A DNA stretch of 64,000 bases from Glycera tridactyla (taxonomy: Eukaryota), in NCBI GenBank assembly GCA_965644265.1, contig OZ286463.1:72850001-72914000 (forward strand). Reading direction: 5' to 3'. Each line of letters opens with the position of its first letter. Position 1 is the stretch's first letter. Of this stretch, positions 51,101 to 62,143 are shown one piece after another. Both the position numbers and the translations under genes were made by a program. The notes beneath the pieces are model-generated. The model was not told the origin of the DNA. It searched no databases and saw only the letters and a program-made list of their open reading frames with translations.

Positions 51101-54100
51101 TGCCTAGAACATGATGGTATATACACAAGTTCCAACAACCATGGGAATACAAGACATGGAAACATTATTCGACTCCAAGACACAGAGGGCTCATGCTTAG
51201 TACATTATGGAAAAACATATTCGAGAGGGAAAAATGCTGTGCCGCAGTGATAAGACGGGATATAAAAAGTCTAGTCATATGATATACAGACAATACACAG
51301 CATGGCAGGGAAGCAATACAATTACCTTCCACATTAGGGTGAGAGCCTAAAAACAGATACGAGAAATTCAGAAAAAACTTATGAGTCAATCCATCTGATA
51401 AAGTTGTTGCTGGCATGAAAAGACTTTGCAATATGGAACAGCATCTGTGATAATATGAAAGATGAAGTGTGCATTTCATACAGAGAAAGGTGGTCTGATC
51501 TAGTTTGCATGACCTCCTGTGAAATATGAAAGCATGAGAATGGGTCAGCATCAGTGGAATATGGAGAAAAAACATGGAAAAATAGGTTACCCACTACTAT
51601 GATTCAATACATATGTGAGGATGATCACTGGTGCAAGAAAATGGTACGGTGTGAATGATTTAAGATGAAACCTGCACAGAGAAACGGGTATAAGAACATA
51701 TTTTGTCAGTAGTTGTCATATGCCAATGCAGAACCATGGACATACTGTCAACAGNNNNNNNNNNNNNNNNNNNNNNNNNNNNNNNNNNNNNNNNNNNNNN
51801 NNNNNNNNNNNNNNNNNNNNNNNNNNNNNNNNNNNNNNNNNNNNNNNNNNNNNNNNNNNNNNNNNNNNNNNNNNNNNNNNNNNNNNNNNNNNNNNNNNNN
51901 NNNNNNNNNNNNNNNNNNNNNNNNACATGAGCGAGACATGGCAACGAGGCATTCAGTCTGAGAAGGCAGGTCTGGGGGGATATGTTTTTTCCCAATGATT
52001 TCGGCAAAGATGTGTTTATGCTGTTTTCATATCATCATAAGCTTGGCAGAAGGAGAGGGATCCCCTGCAACACAAAGCAACTGACTGTGATATAGAAATG
52101 AGTGCGTGTTGCATTTTGATGAAGTTGCATTTGAACCCCCTGCTATAGGCATTCCATTATGAAATAATTATGTTGCATATCTGCGGCAACAATTTTAAGC
52201 AGTCTCTTTCCATCAACAAAGATATTTGCAACAAGTGGAGCCGGCACTCAAAAGCAACATCCAAGGAGAGGCTATTTAAGCGCACCTTTTTCCCTTTTAC
52301 ATAGATTGATTATATCTTTCATTAAGAGACCATCCATTCTGGAAGACAAATCTTGTGAGATTTAGACACACATATTGAATTTCATTATATTTATATGGAT
52401 CATTATGAGAAAACAAATCCTAAAGGAAAATTATATTTCTGGATGTCCTGGATGCGATGATTAATGTGGTGGCTTAGATGGATATAATTACCGGCATAAT
52501 GGAAGCATTAACACTGGGACTGATGAGAGTGAGTTACCAAGGGAATTTCATGCCGCCTTTGCTCGATGTCAACTGCACCTCATGAAATACAGTCATCTCA
52601 TTCATAATTCATGGATATCTACATTAATCACAGCCATACAGCTCTTACAGAGACCGGCAGGCACACCGATGTATTTGTACATATCCTCGTATGTGTATGT
52701 TGCCAGAGTTATTATATGTTTCCGGGAGAAAGGAATACACCCGCAAGTCTCATTGCCAATGCTTGTGATGGCAAAACTCTACCTTCTTACAATTGATACA
52801 AAAGCTTGCAGTCAGTGGCTATGACAATGATTTTGTGATTTCCTCATTTGTGCGAGACTTCAACAGATGGAGAGTGCACCTATGGATCAGGAAGTAAGTG
52901 ATTGAGTATCTTGATAGGAACAACTACCATGATACTCAGAGAGGTTTAAAATCATTGAGTAGCAATGCACTCATGACAAATTCCCCTCAAACTTTCTCCA
53001 GGTAACATATTTGACAGACCTGCAATAGGGTTGCAGTAGATCACTTGGATGGCTGCTGTACATGATACAGTCTCAGCATATTGTAGAGTGGGATCACAAT
53101 AACTGTATCAAAACTGTAGTTTGATATTCATTGATCATCCATTCTAAAATCTGCAACCAAATCAGCGTGTTATTGTTTGTCATCAACACAAGCATCGCTA
53201 TTACCTGGGACCCAAACTTGAATGTGACTCAAGTGAAAATGAGCCAGAAATATTGGGTCGGAGTCAACATTGTGCATCCAGCACCATTGTGATTCTGCTG
53301 ACAGAAATATCATGTAATAGCCCTAGGACTCATCTTGCTAGATTGGTGAAAGGAATTATCATCTTACATTACATCATCAATGGAGATATTTGATGATTTC
53401 CTATCACCATTTCTGATGAGATGTGAGACAATCACGGCATTATAGACAATAGAATGACAGGTGCATACAGCTGTCTCATGGGCAGCCTTTTCATTCATCA
53501 CAGTTCATGTTGATATACTTTTATATGAGGGCTATTCCACATAAAAACTAGGGAGCAGTGGAAAGCTTCAACCCCTCAGCCCAAATGATACATTATCCAG
53601 AATCCCTTATCCCACAATGTCGGAATTTTGCGATCCCCTTAAAGAATGGTTATGACTGTTTTGCTCTCTGACCCCAGCCACGCCAACCTTTTGAATATCG
53701 ACTGCACCTAAAATTTGATAGCCCACAATATGGCTGTCTATGAATCAGTATTGGTAACAATGCTTTTGAGTCAACAATGCGATCTCTGAAAAATGTCTGG
53801 ATTATCTGTCAAATTTCAAGTGAGCAATACATTTGATATTATCTGGCTATCTTTAGATTGGTATAATACTTTAAGATCAAAATGCCTATGAATTCTATCA
53901 TTTTCTTCAATCTGAATCATAGATGTCCAACTTTTTTGAAACTATTCCACAAAATTTTAAATTGGCCTCAGCTCCTCACCCAAATGATTATGTGGAATAG
54001 CCCTGGGTGAAGACATGATGACTAAATGACGAGTACACTCTTAGATGACGTCTCCTAATAACATGCACATGCACTCATCATTACCACCAACTTCAGTCAC

Positions 54101-57100
54101 AAACAGTGCTTGGCAAAGTCCTAAAGAGAAATATCATTGAGTAGAATGAGTTACAGAGTACAGTGAAACCTGTGATGAAAGACCACCCTAAATGTCACAA
54201 AAAGTGGTCTCTCAAAGAAGGCGGACACTCATCAGAGATTAATTTGAAAATGTTGAGTAAAGAAGCTGCCCTTCAGAAGTGGCCTCCCGTCGGAGTTGGT
54301 CTCTTGCCGAGGGTCTCTCGTCTCAGGTTTCACTGTATTACTAGTATGTGATAAGAAATGCAGGTGTTCCCAGCATGGGTTAAGGCACTAGGGTGAATGT
54401 ATCATTTCAAACGAGCAAACAGTATTCACAAGCTAAAAAAGACATAAGAATGTGCATCGAGATATTTCCTATTAGATCGACTGAGTCAAAACAACTAGTA
54501 CCCATTGGCCATCTAGTATTACTATATGTATTTCCATATGTATCTCTATATGTATATCCATGAAATGCTTCAAGAATTGATAGTTCATATGATCCAATAA
54601 GGAAAAATGATATTTATGATCTGCAGAAAGTTTTGTTTCTCTGAGGAGTGTATATGTCTTACAAGATGGGCACAATGGTGTTCAGTATCAGGATATATAT
54701 ATTATGGGTGAGAATCCTGGGAAATATATTCCCCAAATCAAGCCTTAGATGCACATTTCATCGCTCAAAAGAGCAACAGCGCAGTGTTGTAATATCAGAC
54801 ATAATTGTATTTTATTCTATAGGTGGAGTCGAAAAAATGACACCCTAGCTGCCTTGAGGCTAGCATTGCCTCCCATGCATAATACAATATAATCCAATGA
54901 AAGGCATTGCAGTAAAGTGTGCCAGATAGGTGAAGATGCTTATTCAATGCATTCTCCATGATGCTGTGAAATCTGTGAAATGACGAACCAGAAAGATGTG
55001 AGTACCTTATCCAACAGCATGTTACTACGGCATAGAAAAAGCAGGCATCTTAAATCATTAGCACCACATAGTAGCAAACCACAACAGCACCATCTATTGC
55101 AAATATGAGAAAGCAGTGAGGAGTGCCATCTACTTGCAATTAACCTTATCATAGTGTTTGTCAATTAACACCACATCTAGAGAAAGAACCAGCAACACTT
55201 AACATGTTCAGTGTTCTGCTACATATAATGAAAGGTATTCTCCAGTATTTTCCAAAAAACAACTGCTGATGTGATTAAAAAAAAACACTTAAGACGATGT
55301 GTGAGAAAAACTACCGATTTAGGAAATAAACATACCAATCAATCTGGCACTTCCTTTAAATAATATTTGTATCAATACACACTTAGCATATTAAGGATTG
55401 TTGCTGACCTGATGACCATTTCTCCAAAGTGTAGATACACGGAGAATTGGAAAGGGTCTTCATTATTCCTGTGACATTCTCACAAAACAATCACAACCCC
55501 AAGATTCCAATCCAATTCTGGGTGCAGCCACATTTCTGTGAAATAAGCCACTGAACATGAATTTTTTCAAAGCTGAGATGCAAACATTACCTTGGTCGTT
55601 ATTTCCTTCCATGTAGAAGTAGACCATCTGGATGAGGATCTTGCCCTCCGGCCGTGAAGCGTATATGTGCCACTCACATGTTCTGTTGATCGCATACTTA
55701 TGTGGATGGTTTGGACTATTGAGGACTCCACCACCACGACCCCGTGTAACATTTAGAATACATCCTGCAAATGAATCGAGAATGTTGTCATACAATATGT
55801 CGTGATCATTCATTTATCAAATGCAATGCCACACCCATTCATCACAATAGGGGCTATGTTAATTTCATTCGAATCATACTTTCATTCATACTGGCATATC
55901 CGACTGAATCACATTTATGATCTTGTCCTTTGGGTCTTTTTGACAAAAGCTTCTGATGGATGAAAGACATGAAAAGCTGTGCTAGCACTTCCTGGAATCA
56001 TCATACCCAATTAGAAATATGCAGATTTTTTAACAGTATGTAAATATCATGTGCATTTCTTCTATGAAATAGCCCAAATAAAAAAAACCAAATCAAAAGA
56101 CGAATCATATTAGTCCCACCCCACATAAATACAAGCAAAAATCTCAATCACACCTATAAGAAGGCATGCAAGGGCCTATTGCGTGATTTATGATGAGTGG
56201 AAAATTCAAGGTGACTGTCATGACGTAAATAGGGCATTGAGCTTCCCATTACACGAGGATTTCATGAATGTTTTCTATTCTCTGATAATAATGAACAAGT
56301 GAAGGTGCACAGGCATGAGCTCATTGTTATTAGGAACTATTGAGAATTGGCCATGATTCCAAAATTGATGATTGTTTTGAGACAAACCAAGGGATGATCA
56401 GTTAGAGCTACTTGTAATGTATCTGGCAAAATCAAATCTGAGAGAATAAAACAATCAAGTCTCAGAGCGTGATCATTGAAATAAAACTAAGAAAAGTTGA
56501 AATGTTGAGTTTCTTGTCTTTGACGGAAAACAAGCTCAACTAAACCACATCGATGCACATCTCTCCCAATCTATCCTAATTCTCTTCACATTTTCATTCA
56601 AAGTTCATTCAAATCATGCAGAATAGTGAAACATCACTTACGTTGATTCTCCGGTTTTAACTGTACAAACTCATACATAGCTCTGAAGCCAGACCTGACC
56701 TCCGTGCTATCTGAATGGAAAACGACTTCCAGTCTGTGGATGCCACGTTCTGTGATGATTGGTCCTGGGGCCACCTCGCCACACAGATGAGCAATCAGAC
56801 GTTTCTCAGTGGTATTATGTGCACCTGTTTGCACACTAAGTGCTTGAAGATAATCTGTGGAACAACTGCAAGGAACGGAAGACAGCATAAGGTGACAATC
56901 GTTTGTATTTTTTCCTGAGGCAAACTTATTCAACAAGAAGTTAAGTCTGTAAAATTTGCCTGCATGCACCTTTTGGTGGAATGCAAGCACAGACATTGTT
57001 ACATCTGTTGCAATTACATGCGGAGACCTGGTCTTGATAAATATCACTTACAATATTTGTTCCCAAGTACCAATGATGTCAATTTCTCCACATTCTCATC

Positions 57101-60100
57101 ATATATGTGATATATCGAGATGTCATAAATTCTTTGAGGCTAACAATGACAAAATTTGAATTAAAAACAATTCATCACCATAACATTTGGACTATTAGAA
57201 TGGGGTGTTGTTGGTGGCAGCAGCAGCAGAAGCAGCGGCATCATCAATGGCAATGGTTGAGGTACTGATTCAACTGATATGAATTTGAGTAGTATAAATG
57301 GTGATGGTGTTGGTGACCGTGTTTAAGATGGTTTTCCAGTTGTGTGTGAGGTGACTAATCAGGGGATCAAAAACATGTTGAGGAGGAATCATTGCTACAT
57401 TTGTCAGCAGTGGTAGCAGTAGTAGCAGTGTCAATGTTAGCAGTGAAGGTGGTCTCAATGATGGTGGCTACCAGTAGCAGCCCCGCAGCAAATATAAAAA
57501 TTCACATTCAGCACTGAAGACTCACTTGCCAAAACGATCCTCCACCTCAAAATTCTTCTCAAATGTGATTCGCACTTGTTCGTGCACTAATCCCTCAAAC
57601 TCATAAGTACACTTGGTATTGAGAGGGTAGTTGCTGGGGTTGCGTGGTGAATTGAAATGCCCCGACTTCTTGGAGTGACTGTAGTAAAGAAAGTGGCATT
57701 TGTCCCCTCCTGCTGGTATACCAGGTATTGCATAATCTGAAAAAGAATGAGCATTTTTGTTTACTAAACGTCAAATTGGCATCATACTTTATTGAGATAC
57801 ATGTAATTATGATATCCTTTGCTCTGTGAGCAACATCCTTTTGAACCCCATACAGATGACAGGTAGGTGCATTGCTCTCATGAGGTGAATACAGCATTCA
57901 TCTGTCTACACTGGTGAACATCATTTGATGTGCAGGAAGAAAATTTGGGCTTAAGAATTGAGAAAAAGAAATTGTAACCTGAAGATACTGACATTTTGAA
58001 AGGTGATACAAAAAAGCAGATGGATTCTTTGGTAGCTTCATGTCTGCACTATGCAATTTCCATGTCACTGCATGATGGGAATATCAGATCAGCAGCAAAT
58101 GGTTTGGAGAAGCCCCATTGGCTATGGTGGGATGCATATGGATCCTATGAATATTATCCCCTTCATCCTGCCATTCTTGTTGAGATTTCATTTCATTCAA
58201 AGACCCAAATTAAGACATTTTTAGTTGAGGGATTTCATGGCCTTCCACCCTGTGCCCAACTCAGTTCAAATCTGATTCCTCAAAGAAAAGTATATTCCAT
58301 TCATTATATGGATATTAGATTCAGTCTTCCAACAGAATAACAACTTTTGCGCATTAAAGGTGCAAAAAAAAGGGTATACATTACCTGTTACAAACTGATA
58401 TTGAGCAAGAAAGCCTATTCCAGCAGTGGTACCATGAGTATGAAGAACTAGTAATAGTCGTGGGTTGGATGTAGTCATTGCTGGTGGAAGATCACGCCCA
58501 CAAAATACACGATCTGGTGGGGTCATCATCATATCCTGACCACGCAAATATGCTGATACATTACCATTATCACATCTGCATCAAAAGAGAGATTGGACAT
58601 ACTAACATTTGTACGTGTTTGTAATACAGAAAAGTCAGAATATGGATTCTAAACTCATGCAGGGCCTTTTGGCAGGGGATCTCGACTGACCTTGAAGCCT
58701 GTCAAAATGAATGATTCAGAAAAGAATGGGGTTATAAGTTTATATGAAATATACTTGACTGAATTTCAATGGCCATCGACAAAATTCGATGACCCTGGTT
58801 GCTCTAAGGTAGCAGTACAGATACCCCTCTTTTGGGAGACTGCCCTCTTTTGAGAGACTGCTTTTTATTGGTTTATTTATATTTGTCATAGTCAAATATA
58901 CCTCCAATGAGAGACCACATCTTTTGAGAGACCCCTTGTGGTTGGCATTTGGAGTGGTCTCCCAAAAGAGGTTTTACTGTATAATGCCCTGTATCTGATC
59001 AGTCAATTCACAAGAGCCTTAGATGAGAAAACATTTATGTAAACAGGTGATAAGGGTGAAATTTACAGTAGGCTATGCTCATCCTCAAAAATTACTTCCC
59101 GACTTTAAAATCAATCTTTCATATGATTTCTAATAATTAAACCTAAAAATCAACCTGTCAAATTATTTTCTAATAAATGAACCTATGGATCAACCTGTGT
59201 TTTGATTTTCTATAGAATTAAACCTATAAATCAATCTGTCATGACTTTCTAAAAATTGAACCTACAGAGTATGGTCAAACTTACCCTAAGCACGATATCA
59301 AGGGAAGCAATAGGACTGAGTGGTTGAAGCATACTCATGCTTGGACTATAGGCCTAACCAGGATAAACCCAACACAGGTGGTAGGTAGGTACAAACTTCC
59401 GGCTTCATTTCCTCTCTCCCTCTCTTCACATTCAATTCCTCCCCAATTCAGGCACAAATACACTGCGTCAATACCATACTGACCTACCATACTGAATATG
59501 AAAGAAACATACTTACTCATCTCTAAGATGAGGGACATTAAATGTCTTGAATTGTAGTCGTGCTTTCTCTAGATTTTGTTTATTGACGAGTCCATCAATG
59601 TAATAATGGCAGGTGATATTGAGAGGATATCTGTTAGGATAGTTTGGCGACATTATCGTTCCATTGGTCTCACCATGACTCAAAACTCGCTGGTCACATT
59701 CTGGAAAAAAAGTGATGAAAATGACTCATGAATACAGTAATTGATAATTGAAAATGACTTGATTGCTACACTCTCTTGCACCCCTGGCAAAATATGACTA
59801 TTCTTAGATAAATTTATGCATTAATGCATCCATTACTTTCTCATGCAATACTTAATGTCCACATTCATTTGCTGTGAGCACCTTAGATGATAATAAATAA
59901 CAGTGATAAAATATGAGAAGGTGAATTTCTTACCTGTGCCACGTACATGGTGACCTTCTGTGATGAAATCTGGAAGCACACAAAGAGATTTTGATGAAAA
60001 TGAGATGCATTTCACTGACTTCTGGCCAGTCATGAATCAATTTCCTTCCTTGTCATGTGCGCACAGAATGCTTAACACAAACTCAATGATTGTTTCAATC

Positions 60101-62143
60101 AGTGTCTACTGACATTGCATGAAAGTTTCATATTTGCGAGAGAGAGGTGATTGGTAGGCAGCCAGTTTTAGATCCCATTAGCGCCATCTGGGCTATATTG
60201 AGATATCCATGCTATGGACATAGGTAGGACCATTCAAGGCTTTCTCCCAGTGGAGGAGGCTAATCATTATTGGGAAGTCGGCCCTATGGGATGTGGAAAG
60301 GCTATGATACATATGGAGGCATGTACATCAGAGGCCCTACCTCTCGCCTGTCGATTCCAGTAGATTCACCTGATATTGAATCAAATGACATGGCTGCAAT
60401 TTTTTCCAAGGTGTATAAAGGGCTGGGTGTATCTTTATTGTATTCATGAGAACATCACCAGCAAAATTACTCACTACTCCATTGAAGTATGACTTTAAAA
60501 ACTGGCCAAATATGATTATCTGACGTATAAAAACATCAAAATTAACTAGAATATATCATACTTAATATCGGTTTCCCATCATGGGATTTCACAAGGCCCT
60601 AATCATGGAAATATGAGGGCACTATTTGTAAGAGCTGTGACAGTATTTGCAAAGGCTGCCTTGTTTGATTTTCAGGACAAAACTGAGATGATCGTTGGCT
60701 TGAATTGTTTCGATTGTCCATTTCCTTGAATCCCACAATAGGTAGAATTGTTCTGACACATGAGATTGGATACATGTGCCACAATTTTTATTACAGATAC
60801 CACAATTTCTTTCATCATGAAGTATCACAGATGAAATGCAATTATTGGCATTTGTAGCAGTGACATTATTTAGGCACAGGGATCTGGTAACATTAAGATA
60901 CTCAAAATAGTGGAGTCTTGTTCAACCAAGAAAGTTCATTTGGTTGGGACTGCTAAGGAACCTGATAACAATTGCAACAAATACCTGGTTATTGGCGGAG
61001 AGTATCCAAAATTGAAGCACACATATTCTTGGAATGAAACTATGTTTCATGATACACTGTTGAAATGTACAAATTACATTTTCAGAAATCATCCGACTGC
61101 TTGTGGATTTGAACCTGGGATCTCCAGCATGGCACCATCAGCCTAGCCTGTGGAGGAGCAAGCTGATCTACATGCTGAGCTATGTGGACCGCTCAAATGA
61201 AAAGTACAGTCGAACCAACTGTAAATACCACCTCTCTATAAAGACCACCTCCCTATCAAGACCTCATATTGATACGACCAAAGGCGGTCTTAAGTTCGAC
61301 TATATTCATGTTATTCATGCTTGCTTATCTGAGGTGTGTGTGTGGGGGTTTTGGTTTGTTGGGGGTTTAACGTCACGTCAGCTCCATCTTGGCTATATTG
61401 TGACGCCCATGCAATGGGCATGGGTGGGATCATTCAAGACTCCTCCTTCTGGATCCCCAACAGAAGGCAAAAATTTATGAAATTCACAGACACTCAAGGT
61501 GTCATTTCTGTTAGTGGGGTGGGGGGGGGGGATATATATATATATTGCAAAAAACAAATGTATTTGTTATCATTCCCATCCCTAAATTGGGCATAAATGG
61601 TAGTCTGGAAAACTGGACAAAGATTTACGGTTGCATGAAGAGGCTCATGGATAAATACCTATAAGAAGTGGAAGTACCTCGACACAAAGCTGGGATGGCA
61701 AATTGTAATGTTTGTGAGATAAGTACAACAAGTAATTGCCAGTGACAGACAGACAATAGGAGACAGGAAAAACTTCCACAGTGGCTCTCCCCACAGAGCC
61801 AAAAATGGTGAGAGTATGATGAGCTTTTCACTATTCTCCATGACCATAAAAATTATTTGGTTGGTAAAAATGGTAATACTTACCTAAGTTGACAAAACTA
61901 TGACTCATTTCAAATGTAGCTTTGAAGCCTCTACGCTGGACGGTCGAATCTTCCTCAATTTCCCAGTAGGGAACGTAAGGTTTTTTGGTGGGCTCCACTC
62001 GGCCACTTTTCGTAACAAACTCTATATGAAGGGCTTCTGATGTAGAGTAGATGATGATGTCTTTATGTTTGCCGCAATAAACCCCGATAGGGTCCGCTTG
62101 ATTTGTGTAGCCATCATACACCTTGACAAAATCAAATGGACAA
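29872..62143 (-). CDS. sol-1: SOL-1-like (suppressor of lurcher) CUB/LDLa single-pass membrane protein; 5'-partial; exons 62143-61884, 59969-59934, 59700-59517, 58575-58385, 57736-57526, 56865-56642, 55764-55591, 32468-32342, 31517-31444, 31133-31014, 30125-29872
   Basis: Eleven GT-AG exons join in phase (1855 nt). The translation has CPFDFVKVYDG, RRGFKATFEMSHSFVNLDFI, HVRGTECDQRVLS, SPNYP, GHFNSPRNPSNYP, LCGEVAPGP, MEG...GCANAVLKI, AVGAKGFRITWTD, an LDLa repeat and a hydrophobic TM. This motif order matches insect SOL-1-like proteins as recalled. Confidence 0.85.
30678..30735. repeat. (GGTC/AGTC)n tetranucleotide repeat, possibly a HINE core
   Basis: ggtcagtcggtcggtcggtcgattggtcggtcagtcagtcag. 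Confidence 0.85.
31014..31133 (-). CDS. sol-1: SOL-1-like exon, LDL-receptor class A repeat
   Basis: GGYCPEFRCKISRHCIDRSLTCNGHSNCGEGDNSDEQEKC has six Cys and the DxSDE motif; atactttcag acceptor, GTGTGT donor. Confidence 0.9.
31444..31517 (-). CDS. sol-1: SOL-1-like exon (FISSSRAVGAKGFRITWTDLIPTP), end of last CUB
   Basis: cgcttgttgcag acceptor, GTACTG donor; phase 2 to 1. Confidence 0.85.
32342..32468 (-). CDS. sol-1: SOL-1-like exon (AGCANAVLKIYDTKKSGLPAYSLCGQNPKIRQLISQENYLKI)
   Basis: tctcttatgttgtag acceptor, GTGAGA donor; continues the CUB in phase across the 23.1-kb intron. Confidence 0.88.
34060..34545 (+). mobile_element. Degraded HINE-like element with an internal G-run
   Basis: Repeated gatacaacttttgtga motif; end resembles ...gatggatgacagg...ggcatgagctca. 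Confidence 0.3.
35710..36310. repeat. Diverged minisatellite of about 10 units of about 60 bp
   Basis: Consensus near aaaaggtgatctatgtcactaaacatattgactccagctgataaaagctggcccttgac; decays towards 36480. Confidence 0.85.
38556..38634. other. 79-nt near-perfect inverted repeat (31-bp arms, 17-nt loop)
   Basis: Arms at 38556-38586 and 38604-38634 are 30/31 complementary. Confidence 0.9.
39466..39653. mobile_element. Reverse copy of the 10809 MITE
   Basis: Ends GTTGGCATCTCTG; shared interior such as ttgcaaatactggca and ctactctttgaaattg. Confidence 0.7.
40403..40612. repeat. Highly degenerate tandem repeat of about 35 bp (aattaatatggg-ccatgcccacatctca), 6-7 units
   Basis: Recurrent attaat...ccatg...cacat; a single related unit at about 38325. 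Confidence 0.5.
42181..42260. repeat. 43-bp tandem duplication
   Basis: taatctcatgacatactaactttgcaaat occurs twice. Confidence 0.9.
43666..43842. mobile_element. 177-bp MITE, family C
   Basis: TA-CAGTGAAACCT...AGGTTTCACTG-TA; interior with aaatcctgtcttaag repeats; homologue at 47451. Confidence 0.8.
45266..45790. repeat. 38-39-bp minisatellite built from two 19-bp subunits (ctgtcaaagctctgcctgt / ctgtcaaaggtgagctggt)
   Basis: About 27 subunits with A/B alternation. Confidence 0.95.
47451..47802. mobile_element. Family C MITE carrying an internal insertion of foreign sequence
   Basis: Both ends are colinear with 43666-43842; the middle (about 47573-47715) is unrelated and contains another MITE end, ggtttcactgta. 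Confidence 0.75.
48766..48981. repeat. Foldback remnant with two inverted repeats
   Basis: 27-bp arms at 48766-48792 and 48848-48874 (24/27); 11-bp arms at 48942-48952 and 48971-48981. Confidence 0.7.
53528..54004. mobile_element. 477-bp non-autonomous DNA element with perfect 17-bp TIRs (possibly Harbinger-like)
   Basis: agggctattccacataa at 53528-53544 and ttatgtggaatagccct at 53988-54004; subterminal actattccaca at 53941; no clean TSD. Confidence 0.7.
54161..54335. mobile_element. 175-bp family B-like MITE
   Basis: TA-CAGTGAAACCTG...CAGGTTTCACTG-TA. Confidence 0.75.
55591..55764 (-). CDS. sol-1: SOL-1-like exon, N-half of last CUB (CILNVTRG...YMEGNNDQ)
   Basis: ttcatttgcag acceptor, GTAATG donor. 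Confidence 0.9.
56642..56865 (-). CDS. sol-1: SOL-1-like exon, CUB C-half (CSTDYLQ...LCGEVAPGP...GFRAMYEF)
   Basis: ttccgttccttgcag acceptor, GTAAGT donor. Confidence 0.9.
57526..57736 (-). CDS. sol-1: SOL-1-like exon, CUB N-half (DYAIPG...GHFNSPRNPSNYPLNTKC...)
   Basis: ttctttttcag acceptor, GTGAGT donor. Confidence 0.9.
58385..58575 (-). CDS. sol-1: SOL-1-like exon, CUB C-half (CDNGNVSAYLRGQD...GFLAQYQFVT)
   Basis: ctcttttgatgcag acceptor, GTAATG donor. Confidence 0.9.
58818..58979. mobile_element. Family B MITE, reverse copy of 22594-22770
   Basis: Shares gtcaaatatacctccaatgagagacc in inverted orientation; ends GGTTTTACTG-TA. Confidence 0.75.
59108..59268. repeat. Four degenerate AT-rich units of about 40 bp
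   Basis: Recurrent aatcaa(c/t)ctgtc...tttcta...aaccta. Confidence 0.65.
59517..59700 (-). CDS. sol-1: SOL-1-like exon, CUB N-half (ECDQRVLSHGETNGTIMSPNYP...)
   Basis: ttttttttccag acceptor, GTAAGT donor; absent from the ORF track. Confidence 0.9.
59934..59969 (-). CDS. sol-1: SOL-1-like 36-nt linker exon (DFITEGHHVRGT)
   Basis: gtgtgcttccag acceptor, GTAAGA donor; phase 1 to 1. Confidence 0.85.
61100..61136 (-). mobile_element. tRNA-derived SINE head remnant with B-box GGTTCAAATCC
   Basis: Reverse copy of 12109-12143; no full cloverleaf, so not called a tRNA. Confidence 0.5.
61207..61302. mobile_element. Internally deleted family A MITE, reverse orientation
   Basis: TA-CAGTCGAACC...GTTCGACTA-TA with ctctataaagaccacctcccta internal motifs. 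Confidence 0.6.
61340..61390 (-). mobile_element. SINE-type 3' tail remnant
   Basis: ttggtttgttgggggtttaacgtcacgtcagc...tggctatattgtgacg resembles the reverse of common invertebrate SINE ends. Confidence 0.4.
61884..62143 (-). CDS. sol-1: SOL-1-like exon, C-terminal half of a CUB domain
   Basis: tttgtctgttgcag acceptor, GTAAGT donor; CPFDFVKVYDGYTNQADPIGVYCG...RGFKATFEM. Confidence 0.92.

Noticed and set aside
1851-51998. ORFs containing X-runs
   Set aside because: Artifacts of translating through N gaps
52850-52876. 27-nt plus-strand exon-like segment with a GTAAGT donor inside the large intron
   Set aside because: Isolated; no partner exons for a nested antisense gene were found
53195-53287. 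Open minus-strand segment with AG/GT ends in phase 1
   Set aside because: No CUB similarity; the flanking true exons already join into a complete domain
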